Assembly: GCA_035546575.1 (NCBI GenBank)
Contig: DASZWN010000001.1
Location: 49,082-113,081, forward strand
Source: Minisyncoccota bacterium
GTDB taxonomy: Bacteria > Patescibacteriota > Minisyncoccia > Phycocordibacterales > SBAW01
Reading direction: 5' to 3'
DNA length: 64,000 bases
The translations under genes and the position numbers were made by a program. Under the pieces are notes generated by a model that made no database searches, was not told the DNA's origin, and worked only from the letters and a program-made list of their open reading frames with translations. Shown piece by piece: positions 24,087-33,532 of this stretch. Within the stretch, counting starts at the first letter, position 1, and every line of letters starts with the position of its first letter.

Positions 24087-26333
24087 ATGCAGGCTATGCT
24101 CCGTTCGTTTGGTCGCTTTACTAAGCGCCATCTCAAGTCCGCACGCCGCCATTGGCGCGCAATTATGGTATGGGGGTTCGGAGGTCTCTTCCTTTTCTCC
24201 GGCCTATTCCTACTGTGGGCTGCAACGCTCCAGATACCCGATCTGCAGTCGCTTGCAAACCGCAAAGTTGAGCAGTCGCTTAAGATGTACGACCGTACCG
24301 GAACTGTCCTTTTGTACGACCTCCACAACAACCAGCAGCGCACCATTGTTCCCGTTGCTGAAATTTCTCCCAATATTAGTCATGCGGTCATTGCAATAGA
24401 AGACCCGGGGTTCTATCAGCATGGTGGTATCGACCCAAAGGCGATTTTGCGCGCAGTTATCTCGCAGCTCACAGGCGGTCTTTTGCTCACGCGCTCGGGA
24501 GGCTCAACCATTACGCAGCAGGTCGTAAAAGGCTCGATACTCACTAACGACCAGACCATTTCTCGCAAATTTAAAGAGTGGATTCTTGCTATCAAGATGG
24601 AGCAAGTATTCTCGAAAGATCAGATACTCGAGCTCTACCTTAACCAGGTTCCCTTTGGTGGCAGCGTTTACGGAGTTGAGGAAGCTTCGCAAACATTTTT
24701 TGGCAAGCATGCGAGCGACCTCACGCTCCCCGAGTCGGCCTATCTTGCTGCGGTACTCCCCGCCCCCACCTATTACTCGCCATTTGGCAACCATAAAGCA
24801 GCGCTTGATGCGCGTAAAAACCTAGTGCTCGAGAAAATGCACGAGCACGGCTACATTACCGAGAGTGAGATGACTGAAGCCGAGAGTGCACAGGTTACGT
24901 TTGTCACGCCGCCAGACTCCTCAATACAAGCGCCGCACTTTGTATTTTACGTACAACAGTACTTGGAAGATAAATATGGTAGCGACGCGCTTGAGTCTGG
25001 TGGTTGGAAGATTACGACTACGCTTGATGCGGACCTCCAGGTAAAAGCCGAGGAGATTGTAAAGCGCAACGCACTGCTTAACACCGACAAATTTAATGCT
25101 TCGAACGCAGCACTTATTGCGCTCGACCCGCAAAACGGCCAGATACTCTCGATGGTAGGCTCGCGCAACTACTTTGATACGCAAATAGACGGCGCATATA
25201 ACGCTGCGGTTACCGCCCCGGGCCGCCAGCCAGGTTCGGCCTTTAAACCGTTTGCGTATGCAGAGGCGTTTGAAAAGGGTTATACGCCGGATACGGTGCT
25301 GTTTGACGTGCGCACACAATTCTCTACCTCATGCGCAGAAAGCGATATGAGCAATGTGTACCCGTGCTACTCGCCGGTTAACTACGACGACGAGTTCCGC
25401 GGGCCTATGACGCTACGCGACGCCCTTGCCCAATCAATCAATGTACCTGCGGTTAAGGTGCTCTATCTTGCCGGACTTAACGACACGCTCGAGCTCGCAA
25501 AATCGATGGGCATTTCTACTCTCACCGACTCAAACCGCTATGGACTCACCCTAGTGCTCGGAGGCGGCGAGGTGACGCTGCTCGACATGTCGAGTGCCTA
25601 CGGCGTTTTTGCCCAGGACGGCGTTAAGTATCAGCCGGTCTCGGTGCTCAAGATTGAGGACGGCCAAGGCAACGTGATAGAAGACAACTCCGAGCCGGCA
25701 GGAACGCAGATCGTACCAAAGCCAGTCGCCGAGGAGATCAATGATATTCTCTCCGACCCGGTTGCGCGTGCGCCGCTTGGCGAGAATAGTCTCGTGAGCT
25801 TCCCTGGCCGCGACGTTGCGGTAAAAACCGGTACTACCAACGACTACAAAGATGCCTGGACGATCGGTTATACACCAAACTTGGTAGTGGGCGTATGGGC
25901 AGGCAACAACGACAATACGTCGATGGTTAAAAAAGTGTCCGGATTTATCGTGGGCCCTATGTGGCATGAGGTCATGCAATACGAACTCGCTCGTATACCA
26001 AACCAATCATTCAGCCGCAGTGACCAGGGAGGCGGCTATCTCAAGCCAGTACTGCGCGGCATATGGCAAGGAGATGTTTCAACTTTCCAAAACGGCATCG
26101 AGTACGTTAACCAGTCGGTCCACGAGATCCTCAACTGGGTAGACAAAGACAACCCAAACGGCCCGATCCCGGCCGATCCTACGCAAGACTCGCAATACAG
26201 CCGCTGGGAGTATCCTGTGCGCATCTGGGCGCAACAAAACGGCTACGTAGACGGCGTACAAGTGCCCGTCGGCAATGCACCGTCTCAAACCCCTCCACAA
26301 ACAACCCCTACTGCTACTACAACAGGGTTCTAA
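24087..26333 (+). CDS. Bifunctional class A penicillin-binding protein (glycosyltransferase + transpeptidase)
   Basis: There is an N-terminal membrane anchor. The GT51 motifs read EDPGFYQHGGID and GGSTITQQ. The transpeptidase motifs are SAFKP, SxN and KTGT. Confidence 0.85.
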   Translation: MQAMLRSFGRFTKRHLKSARRHWRAIMVWGFGGLFLFSGLFLLWAATLQIPDLQSLANRKVEQSLKMYDRTGTVLLYDLHNNQQRTIVPVAEISPNISHAVIAIEDPGFYQHGGIDPKAILRAVISQLTGGLLLTRSGGSTITQQVVKGSILTNDQTISRKFKEWILAIKMEQVFSKDQILELYLNQVPFGGSVYGVEEASQTFFGKHASDLTLPESAYLAAVLPAPTYYSPFGNHKAALDARKNLVLEKMHEHGYITESEMTEAESAQVTFVTPPDSSIQAPHFVFYVQQYLEDKYGSDALESGGWKITTTLDADLQVKAEEIVKRNALLNTDKFNASNAALIALDPQNGQILSMVGSRNYFDTQIDGAYNAAVTAPGRQPGSAFKPFAYAEAFEKGYTPDTVLFDVRTQFSTSCAESDMSNVYPCYSPVNYDDEFRGPMTLRDALAQSINVPAVKVLYLAGLNDTLELAKSMGISTLTDSNRYGLTLVLGGGEVTLLDMSSAYGVFAQDGVKYQPVSVLKIEDGQGNVIEDNSEPAGTQIVPKPVAEEINDILSDPVARAPLGENSLVSFPGRDVAVKTGTTNDYKDAWTIGYTPNLVVGVWAGNNDNTSMVKKVSGFIVGPMWHEVMQYELARIPNQSFSRSDQGGGYLKPVLRGIWQGDVSTFQNGIEYVNQSVHEILNWVDKDNPNGPIPADPTQDSQYSRWEYPVRIWAQQNGYVDGVQVPVGNAPSQTPPQTTPTATTTGF

Positions 26334-26383
26334 CACTTGGCTTCTTGACCGACATTGGTTGAGAATGTATCGTGCTTTAGCTG

Positions 26384-26764
26384 TTGGATAACCCGAAAGC
26401 TCATGTCGTTCTTTATGCTCGATGTGATTGTTCTTCTCAAACTCTGGAGGTCTTTATGGCCCTTCCTGAATTACATATCACCAATGGCCCTGGTCAACGG
26501 GATTTAGAGCTGGCGTTCCTCGGTCGCAACTTGGGCGCGCAGGTTAAGTTCACTATCTTCACTGATGGTCATGGTCCCCTCGTTGTTGCTTTGGGTATCT
26601 ACAACCTTGACTTCACCACCTGTCAGGGTCCGGTCTACAGACTCGGTGGACAATTGTCGATTGGCGCTGAAGAAAAGAAGAAGCTGCCGCCCTTCAATTG
26701 GGTTTTCCTCGACTACAACGCCGAGACAAAGCGGGGACTAATGAGGTTCTCTAACGCAGAGTAA
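26384..26764 (+). CDS. Hypothetical protein with atypical (T-rich third-position) codon usage
   Basis: 126-aa ORF (or 102 aa from MALPELH...). It has no recognisable domain, and its codon usage differs from the neighbouring genes. A textbook terminator follows. Confidence 0.35.
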   Translation: MDNPKAHVVLYARCDCSSQTLEVFMALPELHITNGPGQRDLELAFLGRNLGAQVKFTIFTDGHGPLVVALGIYNLDFTTCQGPVYRLGGQLSIGAEEKKKLPPFNWVFLDYNAETKRGLMRFSNAE

Positions 26765-26778
26765 GCATGCGATGTAAA

Positions 26779-26805
26779 CCGTCCACCGAAAGGTGGGCGG
26801 TTTTT
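26779..26805 (+). terminator. Rho-independent terminator (CCGTCCACC-GAAA-GGTGGGCGG-TTTTT)
   Basis: 9-bp stem (one T·G pair) with a GAAA tetraloop and T5, directly after the ORF at 26384..26764. Confidence 0.75.
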
Positions 26806-26864
26806 GTATATACTTCAAATTCCGAATCTATCTCAAACTGACTAACTTCACTAAAAAAACAATC

Positions 26865-27962
26865 TTATCGGTTCATTGGCATTGCTAGATAGAAGAAGGA
26901 GTCTTCTGCCGCGTCTTTTACCAAAAGAGGTTTGCCAGGGCCATTGGCGCTCATACGAACACTCTCCCCTGTTATCGCCTGGAGGCTGTCGGCCAAATAG
27001 CGGCCGTTAAAGTTCATCGCCGTTTCCTCGCCCGACACAGTCGCTCGCAGGGTTGAGGTTTGCTCGCCCACGTCTGGGTTGCGAGAGGAGAGCGTTACTA
27101 TTTTTTTGGATGGATCTACTGCAACCGACACCTGTGCAAATTTATCGGCGAATATAGAGAGCGACTTAAGCGCCTGGGCCATATCCTCGCGCAAGACCAC
27201 CGCCTCCGTTATAAACGATTTTGGAACGATCTGGCGGTAGTTTGGGAACGCACCATCGATAAGCCGGCTCGTGTAGTAGACCGAGCCTACATGCGTCGAT
27301 AGCTGATGCTCGTTGTAATACACCTCAACGTCTCCTGTTGCGGTTTCAAGAATGCGATTGAGTTCAACCGCATTACGCGCAGGCAAGAGCATTTGCGGCA
27401 CATTCCCCTGCGAGCGTAGCGGTACCGATTTTTCAGCCAAGCGGAACGAGTCGGTTGCGGCTGCTATAAGTTTGCCCGACTCGGCGTAGAGCAGGATGCT
27501 TTGGAGCTCCGGTTTTATTGCCGATGTGGAGGCACAGTACGCAACACTGCGTATGAGGCGGGCCATATCCGCCGACTTAACTGAAAACGAGGTTGATGCG
27601 GAGACTTGCGGCAATATAGGAAAATCTTCGTGCGGCACAGCTTTTATCGATGCCGCAGCGCGCTCGGTCTCGATCTTGAGCACTCCTCCTGCGAGTGTTG
27701 CAGAAACTGACTTACCGCGCGCGTTTCCTAAAAAGCCCGCGAGTACCGAGCCTGGTATAGCAACTATCCCCTCTTGTGATACTTTTGCCGCAACAGAAAT
27801 CTCTACGCCACACTCAAGATTGGTGGCACGCAGTGTAAGGCGGCCGTTTTCTGCCGCAATCAAAATACTCGCGAGTACCGGAAGGTTTGCTCGCTTCTCC
27901 ACAAAACGCACTGCCAGCGTTACTGCAGTGAAAAGTTGTTCTGTTGTGGATTCGAATTTCAT
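26865..27962 (-). CDS. dnaN: DNA polymerase III beta sliding clamp
   Basis: 365 aa. The N-terminus reads MKFESTTEQLFTAVTLAVRFVEKRANLPVLASILI..., a three-domain DnaN. It lies immediately downstream of dnaA. Confidence 0.9.
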   Translation of the reverse strand: MKFESTTEQLFTAVTLAVRFVEKRANLPVLASILIAAENGRLTLRATNLECGVEISVAAKVSQEGIVAIPGSVLAGFLGNARGKSVSATLAGGVLKIETERAAASIKAVPHEDFPILPQVSASTSFSVKSADMARLIRSVAYCASTSAIKPELQSILLYAESGKLIAAATDSFRLAEKSVPLRSQGNVPQMLLPARNAVELNRILETATGDVEVYYNEHQLSTHVGSVYYTSRLIDGAFPNYRQIVPKSFITEAVVLREDMAQALKSLSIFADKFAQVSVAVDPSKKIVTLSSRNPDVGEQTSTLRATVSGEETAMNFNGRYLADSLQAITGESVRMSANGPGKPLLVKDAAEDSFFYLAMPMNR

Positions 27963-28158
27963 ATTCTTTATAAATACTTATTACTATTACTAGTGGTGTG
28001 GATTGCTCGGATAACTCTTTTTTATGTTGTAGGAAAAGGTTGGAATGTTGATTTTAAAAAAGGATAACCTGGTTGCAGTAGTATTCTTGGTGTTCATAGT
28101 ATTTTTGTAGTTCTATTTTGGTTGATTTTCTCCCCAGTGATATCCCAAGTAATCCCCA
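27963..28158. promoter_or_regulatory. Probable oriC DNA-unwinding region (dnaA-dnaN intergenic, AT-rich, with degenerate DnaA boxes)
   Basis: 196 bp that are markedly AT-rich relative to the ~55% GC flanks. Box-like elements are TGTGGATTG, GGATAACTC and GGATAACCT. The layout rpmH/rnpA/yidC/jag diverging from dnaA-dnaN matches the Firmicute oriC layout. Confidence 0.6.
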
Positions 28159-29493
28159 TCATTTCAACATCATACGAATCTGGTGGATCTCTTGGCTCAA
28201 GATACTGTCAGTTAAGATGTCGTTTTTTACTTTGTCACATGAGTGGATCACGGTAGTGTGATCACGGCCGCCAAGCTTTTCTCCAATGGTTGGGAACGAA
28301 ATGTGAAAGTCCTCGCGCAAAAGATACATGATCACTTGTCGAGGGCGCACTACCTCCTTGCGGCGAGTTTTTTCATAAATACTTGCCTCTTCTATGCCGT
28401 AAAAGTTGGCAATCGTTTTGACCACCTCTTGTACCGAAACAGCCTTTTTAGCGCTGCTCCCTGAGCCACGCAACAGCAGTTTTGCATCGGCGAGCGTAAT
28501 CGGCTTACCGCGCATCTCAAACTGGATTAAAAGTGTATTGAGTGCTCCCTCGAGCTCTCGCACGTTACCCTCTACGGTAGAAGCGAGATATTCCATCACA
28601 TCGTCGGCGACGATAAAGTTATGTTGCGCCGCCTTTGCTTGCACTATCGCAAGCCGAGACTCGTGGTCGGGAGTAGTAACCGAGACGATCATGCCTGCGT
28701 TAAGGCGCGACTTGATGCGGTCCTCCAGGTTTTGGATCATGTTGGGGTGCTGGTCGCTCGAAAACACGAGCTGTTTGTTGCTGTCATGCAAAAAGTTAAA
28801 GAGATGAAAGAACTCCTCCTTTGTTTTTTCCATTTTTGCCAAAAACTGGACGTCGTCCATGATCAGTACGTCGTATTGGCGATATTTTTCTTTAAAAAAC
28901 TGCACTTTCCCGGAGCCAAGCGAGGCAACATAATCCATCGCAAATTTTTCCGAGGTCATGTATTGCACTTTACGCTCAGGGGCATTAACGCGGAAATGAT
29001 TCCCTATCGCCTGGATCAAATGTGTTTTACCTAGGCCGGTCGGCCCCCAGACTAGAAGCGGATTATAGGCGATACCCGGCTTGCGGATCACGGCTTGCGC
29101 GGCCGCATGCGCGAGTTCGTTAAATGGCCCAACCACAAGAGAATTTAGGGTAAAACGCGGATTAAGATTGGTCTTTTGATGCACATTCTCAAGCGGAAGC
29201 TCCGTTGGTGCTGCTGCGCGTACCTCCTCTACAGGTTTTTTTGAGCCGCGGGAAATCACGTACTCGACGGTGCGGATATTTTCCGAGAGTCCGCGCAGTG
29301 AATGGAGGATATCCTTGTGGAATTTGGTAGAGAGCCAGTCGCGAGCAAACTGGCTGGGCACTCCTAAGTGCGCCACACCCTCCTCTACGCGTATCAGGTG
29401 TGTATCTTTAAACCACGTGTTGAAATTTGGGCGAGAGATCGCAAGTTCGAGTTCTACAAGAGCGTTTTCCCAAATTTCTTTTGTGGTTGTCAT
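28159..29493 (-). CDS. dnaA: Chromosomal replication initiator DnaA
   Basis: The start is taken at [16 protein letters not shown]. The AAA+ Walker A reads [14 protein letters not shown], and a C-terminal HTH DNA-binding domain is present. Confidence 0.9.
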   Translation of the reverse strand: MTTTKEIWENALVELELAISRPNFNTWFKDTHLIRVEEGVAHLGVPSQFARDWLSTKFHKDILHSLRGLSENIRTVEYVISRGSKKPVEEVRAAAPTELPLENVHQKTNLNPRFTLNSLVVGPFNELAHAAAQAVIRKPGIAYNPLLVWGPTGLGKTHLIQAIGNHFRVNAPERKVQYMTSEKFAMDYVASLGSGKVQFFKEKYRQYDVLIMDDVQFLAKMEKTKEEFFHLFNFLHDSNKQLVFSSDQHPNMIQNLEDRIKSRLNAGMIVSVTTPDHESRLAIVQAKAAQHNFIVADDVMEYLASTVEGNVRELEGALNTLLIQFEMRGKPITLADAKLLLRGSGSSAKKAVSVQEVVKTIANFYGIEEASIYEKTRRKEVVRPRQVIMYLLREDFHISFPTIGEKLGGRDHTTVIHSCDKVKNDILTDSILSQEIHQIRMMLK

Positions 29494-29598
29494 AGTCTGC
29501 ACGGTCACACAACAATACGCTCCGCCCACCCCCGAGTCAAAACAGTACTTTTGTGTACAAAGGTGTGGAGAAACTGGGGATATGCTATAGTCTCCTGT

Positions 29599-29733
29599 AT
29601 GTCACAAACATACCAGCCTAAAAAGCGGAAACGCGCCCGTGCCCACGGCTTTTTAAAGCGCACCAGCACCCCGGGAGGTAAAAAGACGCTTTTGCGCCGA
29701 CGCCGTAAAGGCCGCGCAAAGACGAATGTATAA
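29599..29733 (+). CDS. rpmH: 50S ribosomal protein L34
   Basis: [44 protein letters not shown] is a canonical 44-aa L34. It sits inside the longer table ORF 29368..29733. Confidence 0.9.
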   Translation: MSQTYQPKKRKRARAHGFLKRTSTPGGKKTLLRRRRKGRAKTNV

Positions 29734-29741
29734 TAGGGTTT

Positions 29742-30065
29742 ATGCTGCCTAAGCGCAGGCGCCTTACCAGTGCCGAGGTTAGCGAGGTTATCACTCAGGG
29801 CAAGCCATTGCGGGGTGCTATGCTCTCCATAAAGCATCTCCCCTCTCCCGGTGGCCTTAAAGCAGCTGTGGTAGCACCAAAGTCGCTCGTCCCTAGGGCG
29901 GTAGATCGCAATCGCCTCCGTCGCGCCCTTTATGCGGCACTAAAAACCCTTCCAGGAGAGTCATTTAAGGGCTCAAAAGCAGTGTTTTTTGTCCGCACTA
30001 TCCCTCCAGCGCCCCTTACTTCTGCGTTTCGCGAGGAGCTTACCCTATTAGCAAAAAAGATATAA
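29742..30065 (+). CDS. rnpA: Ribonuclease P protein component
   Basis: 107 aa, basic, with the RNR-like motif RNRLRRAL. It has the canonical position after rpmH. Confidence 0.85.
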   Translation: MLPKRRRLTSAEVSEVITQGKPLRGAMLSIKHLPSPGGLKAAVVAPKSLVPRAVDRNRLRRALYAALKTLPGESFKGSKAVFFVRTIPPAPLTSAFREELTLLAKKI

Positions 30066-30068
30066 CTC

Positions 30069-30806
30069 ATGTTTGAAACACTGCTCGTTAAGCCTCTCTA
30101 CAACGGTTTTATATTTTTGATAGGCGTTATGCCGGGTGGCGACGTGGGGTTTGCCATCATCGTGCTCACGCTTATTATCCGCGTCCTGTTCTACCCCGCC
30201 TTTGCAGCGTCGATCAGGACCCAGATGGGCATGCAAGCAGCGCAGGCCGAATTAGACGAGATCAATAAGAAATACAAGGACGATTCGACCGCCAAGGCGC
30301 AGCATACCCTCGCACTCTATAAAGAGAAGAATATCCGCCCGTTTGCAGGTTTTGTCGCTCTGTTAGTCCAAATCCCGGTATTTCTTGCACTCTACTTCGC
30401 ATTTTTCCGAGAGGGGCTCCCGCATATCGCCGAAAACCTTCTTTATTCGTTCGTCCATGTGCCTGCTATGGTTAATCTCGACTTCCTGGGCTTTGTTAAC
30501 CTACTTGAGGCGCACAACATAGTGCTTGCTGTTATCGTGGCCGGGCTCCAGTACCTGGTCGCCTATTTCTCTATGGCTCGTACTAATACCGCGCTTGCTG
30601 CTATGCCTAAAGAGCGTCAGGCTGCGCAACGTATGCAGCAGCAGATGATGCTCTACTTTCTCCCCGCTATTATGGCTTTTGCCGCCTACAGCCTCCCGGC
30701 TGCGGTAGGCCTTTACTTTGCTGCAGGCAATGTTGTTTCTCTTGCGCAGGAGTGGGTAATCCGCAAACAGCTCGCCAAAAAAGCCAATACAGTAGGCACA
30801 ACATAG
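30069..30806 (+). CDS. yidC: Membrane protein insertase YidC (short monoderm form)
   Basis: 245 aa with 5 transmembrane helices. A conserved region reads GFVALLVQIPVFLALY. It sits after rnpA and before jag. Confidence 0.85.
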   Translation: MFETLLVKPLYNGFIFLIGVMPGGDVGFAIIVLTLIIRVLFYPAFAASIRTQMGMQAAQAELDEINKKYKDDSTAKAQHTLALYKEKNIRPFAGFVALLVQIPVFLALYFAFFREGLPHIAENLLYSFVHVPAMVNLDFLGFVNLLEAHNIVLAVIVAGLQYLVAYFSMARTNTALAAMPKERQAAQRMQQQMMLYFLPAIMAFAAYSLPAAVGLYFAAGNVVSLAQEWVIRKQLAKKANTVGTT

Positions 30807-30849
30807 CAGCTTGTTGCGCGGGGTATCCCCCTTGGGGTATTGTGTCTTT

Positions 30850-31296
30850 ATGGACGCCACTCTCCTCCAAAAATTTGTTCAGACTACGCTTTCTCTATTA
30901 GGCATTGAAGCGGAAAGCGTCTCAGTCTCAACCGGGCATCGCACCGTGGTTGCTATAAAAACCAAAGAGTCAAAAGAGTTGATAGGTCCCGGAGGCGACC
31001 ACTTGCGAGCGCTCAACACCATTGCGCGCCGGCTTATAGAAACAAAATATGGCGAGGACGCCGCAAACTTTTTAATCGACGTAAACGATTTTTATGAGTC
31101 AAAGATGGAAGGCGTGCGTGCGCAGGCAAAAATGCTTGCACAACGCGCACGACTTTTTAAACATGACGTTGAGATGACTCCAATGAGCGCTTACGAGCGC
31201 CTTGTGGTACACGAGCTTTTTTCAGACGATCCGGAAATCAAGACTGAGTCGCAGGGCGAAGGGAAATTCCGCCACATCGTGCTCAAATATAAATAA
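30850..31296 (+). CDS. jag: Jag/KhpB RNA-binding protein (KH + R3H)
   Basis: The R3H motif reads YERLVVHELF. It has the canonical position after yidC. The start is taken at MDATLLQKF. Confidence 0.75.
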   Translation: MDATLLQKFVQTTLSLLGIEAESVSVSTGHRTVVAIKTKESKELIGPGGDHLRALNTIARRLIETKYGEDAANFLIDVNDFYESKMEGVRAQAKMLAQRARLFKHDVEMTPMSAYERLVVHELFSDDPEIKTESQGEGKFRHIVLKYK

Positions 31297-31326
31297 AAGC
31301 TATTGCGTGAGGCGTACCCGTCTCGA

Positions 31327-32577
31327 CTACTGCGTCGAGCCGAGGCGGACTCCCCAGAGCGAATGATCGCCTTTTTTAATAAACAATAAGTAGTGCTCGT
31401 CCGGCGAGACTGCAATCTCGGTAATATCTGACGCAGCTCCCCCGTCCTCGCCACCTGGCAAAGCAATAATATCGCTTTTATTCGCACTCACATTAAACGA
31501 GAATAGTGCGTCCGGCAGTGTTGCAGCACCCTGATGCCACAAATCGAGGTATCCCGGCGGCACATACTGGAGTGGCGCTGCGCAGTACATGGTAGAAGTG
31601 GAAACACTGCTCCACACGCACTTCTCCGGGATCGGGTCAAACGAGAGCCCGGATTCTTTACCTGTTTTGACCTCGTGGACGTACGTTGACGCAGCACCGT
31701 TTACTCCCGATGATGTTTGGTATACCACGCGGCTGAAGCTCTTGTCTGCGGTTGCAGTTACGCCAGACGCAGAGAGCAGTGTGGAAACGGCGCCCGTAGC
31801 TGCCGAGATAGAAAATACCATACCCGGGTACCCTGCGGCGCTTTTTGTTTGTGCAAGAATCGTATTTTGCGCCGGCCACAAGAGTACTATCTGTGAGAGC
31901 GGCAGCGAAAAGAGTTTTTTGCCGTTTGTACCATCCGGTTTGGATATGTATCCGTCGCTGCCCACAGCGGTGGTAAGCAGATATACGATACTTTTACCGT
32001 CCGGAGAGGCTGCAACACTTATCACATTGTCCGGGAGAAATTGCACGCGCACCGGGCGGCTTGCAGCGGAAGTGGTAGTGGCTGCAGGCAGTCCCAGGTA
32101 AACCGTTTTTATCACAGTGGCATCAAGATATTGGAGTACCACCCCTGCACCGCCGTCGGTCCAGACACCCTGAACCGAGCCTGGAATAGTGGTGTTTGAT
32201 ACTGCGCGCGGTACCGCGCCCGCATTGTCGAGTGTCAGGTCAAACACATGGCCGTTTTCTTGGAGTACAAAGCGGGCAATAGTGGTTGTAGGGTGGAATG
32301 TTTGTATAAAGCTGGCGCTTGTTACTGGCGAGTCGGTTATTTTAAAGATTTTTTGTTGCGTTTGTTGAGTCGTGCTCACAATCTGGTTGTCGGTATCCGC
32401 AGAAGACGCACTACCAAGAGGTACGGTAACCGTGCGATTGTCCCCTACTCCAAACTCAGGGCCACCCGCTGAGGGAGTCTGTGTCGAGTCAGATCGGAAA
32501 AAGACAAACCAAGCAGTCCCAAAAAGGAGTACTAGTACTCCCACTCCCGCCGCAATTGGTTTCCAATCAAAGTTCAT
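31327..32577 (-). CDS. Membrane-anchored PD40/TolB-like beta-propeller protein (last gene of the T4SS-like operon)
   Basis: There is an N-terminal transmembrane helix. Repeated SPDG/SPDE blades occur (SPDGKSIVY, SPDEHYLLFIKKGDHSLWGV). It overlaps the upstream gene by 1 nt. Confidence 0.5.
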   Translation of the reverse strand: MNFDWKPIAAGVGVLVLLFGTAWFVFFRSDSTQTPSAGGPEFGVGDNRTVTVPLGSASSADTDNQIVSTTQQTQQKIFKITDSPVTSASFIQTFHPTTTIARFVLQENGHVFDLTLDNAGAVPRAVSNTTIPGSVQGVWTDGGAGVVLQYLDATVIKTVYLGLPAATTTSAASRPVRVQFLPDNVISVAASPDGKSIVYLLTTAVGSDGYISKPDGTNGKKLFSLPLSQIVLLWPAQNTILAQTKSAAGYPGMVFSISAATGAVSTLLSASGVTATADKSFSRVVYQTSSGVNGAASTYVHEVKTGKESGLSFDPIPEKCVWSSVSTSTMYCAAPLQYVPPGYLDLWHQGAATLPDALFSFNVSANKSDIIALPGGEDGGAASDITEIAVSPDEHYLLFIKKGDHSLWGVRLGSTQ

Positions 32578-32578
32578 A

Positions 32579-33532
32579 TTAATTTGATCCTATCCCGCCC
32601 GCCGAAGCTTTTACGCAACTGTACGATCCATCAGGGCCTATCTTATAGTTTCCGTACAGTGCTTCACAACTGTCATGATCCCCTTTGTCGTACGATCCTA
32701 CATTACGCACCGATTGCTGTTGTGCTGCGGGCGTGTTGTTCGAGCCCGGAACAACCAGATTAAATTTTAGAAGATCAGGATTGATGGTGTAGAGAATAAG
32801 CCATGAGCCAGCCAAAAGGAGTAACCCATAGATAGAGGAAGTCATCCATCGCTTAGCGTCTCCCTTTGTTTCCATCACCTCGGAGGTCATGTACATAATG
32901 CCTCCCACAACCAACCTTCCTACAGCGAGCAATGCGCCTACAGAAAGAAAGAGCTTAAACATAAGGTTTAAGTATGCGCCAAAGTCAGAAGCAATATTGG
33001 CAGGAGCATCGGGAAGCAACGGCTCAAGCGGAGTGTAGGAAATATTTCCGTTTGAGTTGCTGGAGCCTCTATTTGTATTTCCAGAACTGCTTTGAGTTGT
33101 TGCAGAGGTCGGAGATACTGATGTAGGCGAAGCGGTTGAAGAGGTAGTAACCGTATAGCCAGAGGGAGCTGCGGTACAGTGCATTCCTCCGCCAGAAGAA
33201 GAGCAGCCGCTCGGGAGCCTTCCAGATACAGGGATCGGGCAGTCGTATCCGCCTGAGGCTGCGGTGCATACGGCTGGTGTAAGATCGCATGTGTGTGCCG
33301 TGCCACTACCGGAACACGTATATCCGTTTGGTTCGCCGCTGCATTTGAGCTGCGTTGCTCCAAACAGGTCGCAATTGCCAGGTTTCTCCATTTCGCCGGT
33401 TATGTCGCAGACATACTGCACTTGTGACCCGGCCTGCTGCTCGCTACAGCTGATATCGGCTCCCTGTACAGATAAAGGAGCTAAAAAGCTAAGAACAAGC
33501 ACTATAGGGAAAAGGAGTCCGATTTTTTTCAT
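32579..33532 (-). CDS. Cys-rich secreted protein with a C-terminal two-helix hydrophobic hairpin (TrbC/VirB2-like pilin candidate)
   Basis: A signal peptide is followed by a domain with 14 Cys, then an S/T-rich linker. Two hydrophobic helices follow (FKLFLSVGALLAVGRLVVGGIMYM and IYGLLLLAGSWLILYTI) separated by a short charged loop, which is the VirB2/TrbC topology. Confidence 0.4.
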   Translation of the reverse strand: MKKIGLLFPIVLVLSFLAPLSVQGADISCSEQQAGSQVQYVCDITGEMEKPGNCDLFGATQLKCSGEPNGYTCSGSGTAHTCDLTPAVCTAASGGYDCPIPVSGRLPSGCSSSGGGMHCTAAPSGYTVTTSSTASPTSVSPTSATTQSSSGNTNRGSSNSNGNISYTPLEPLLPDAPANIASDFGAYLNLMFKLFLSVGALLAVGRLVVGGIMYMTSEVMETKGDAKRWMTSSIYGLLLLAGSWLILYTINPDLLKFNLVVPGSNNTPAAQQQSVRNVGSYDKGDHDSCEALYGNYKIGPDGSYSCVKASAGGIGSN

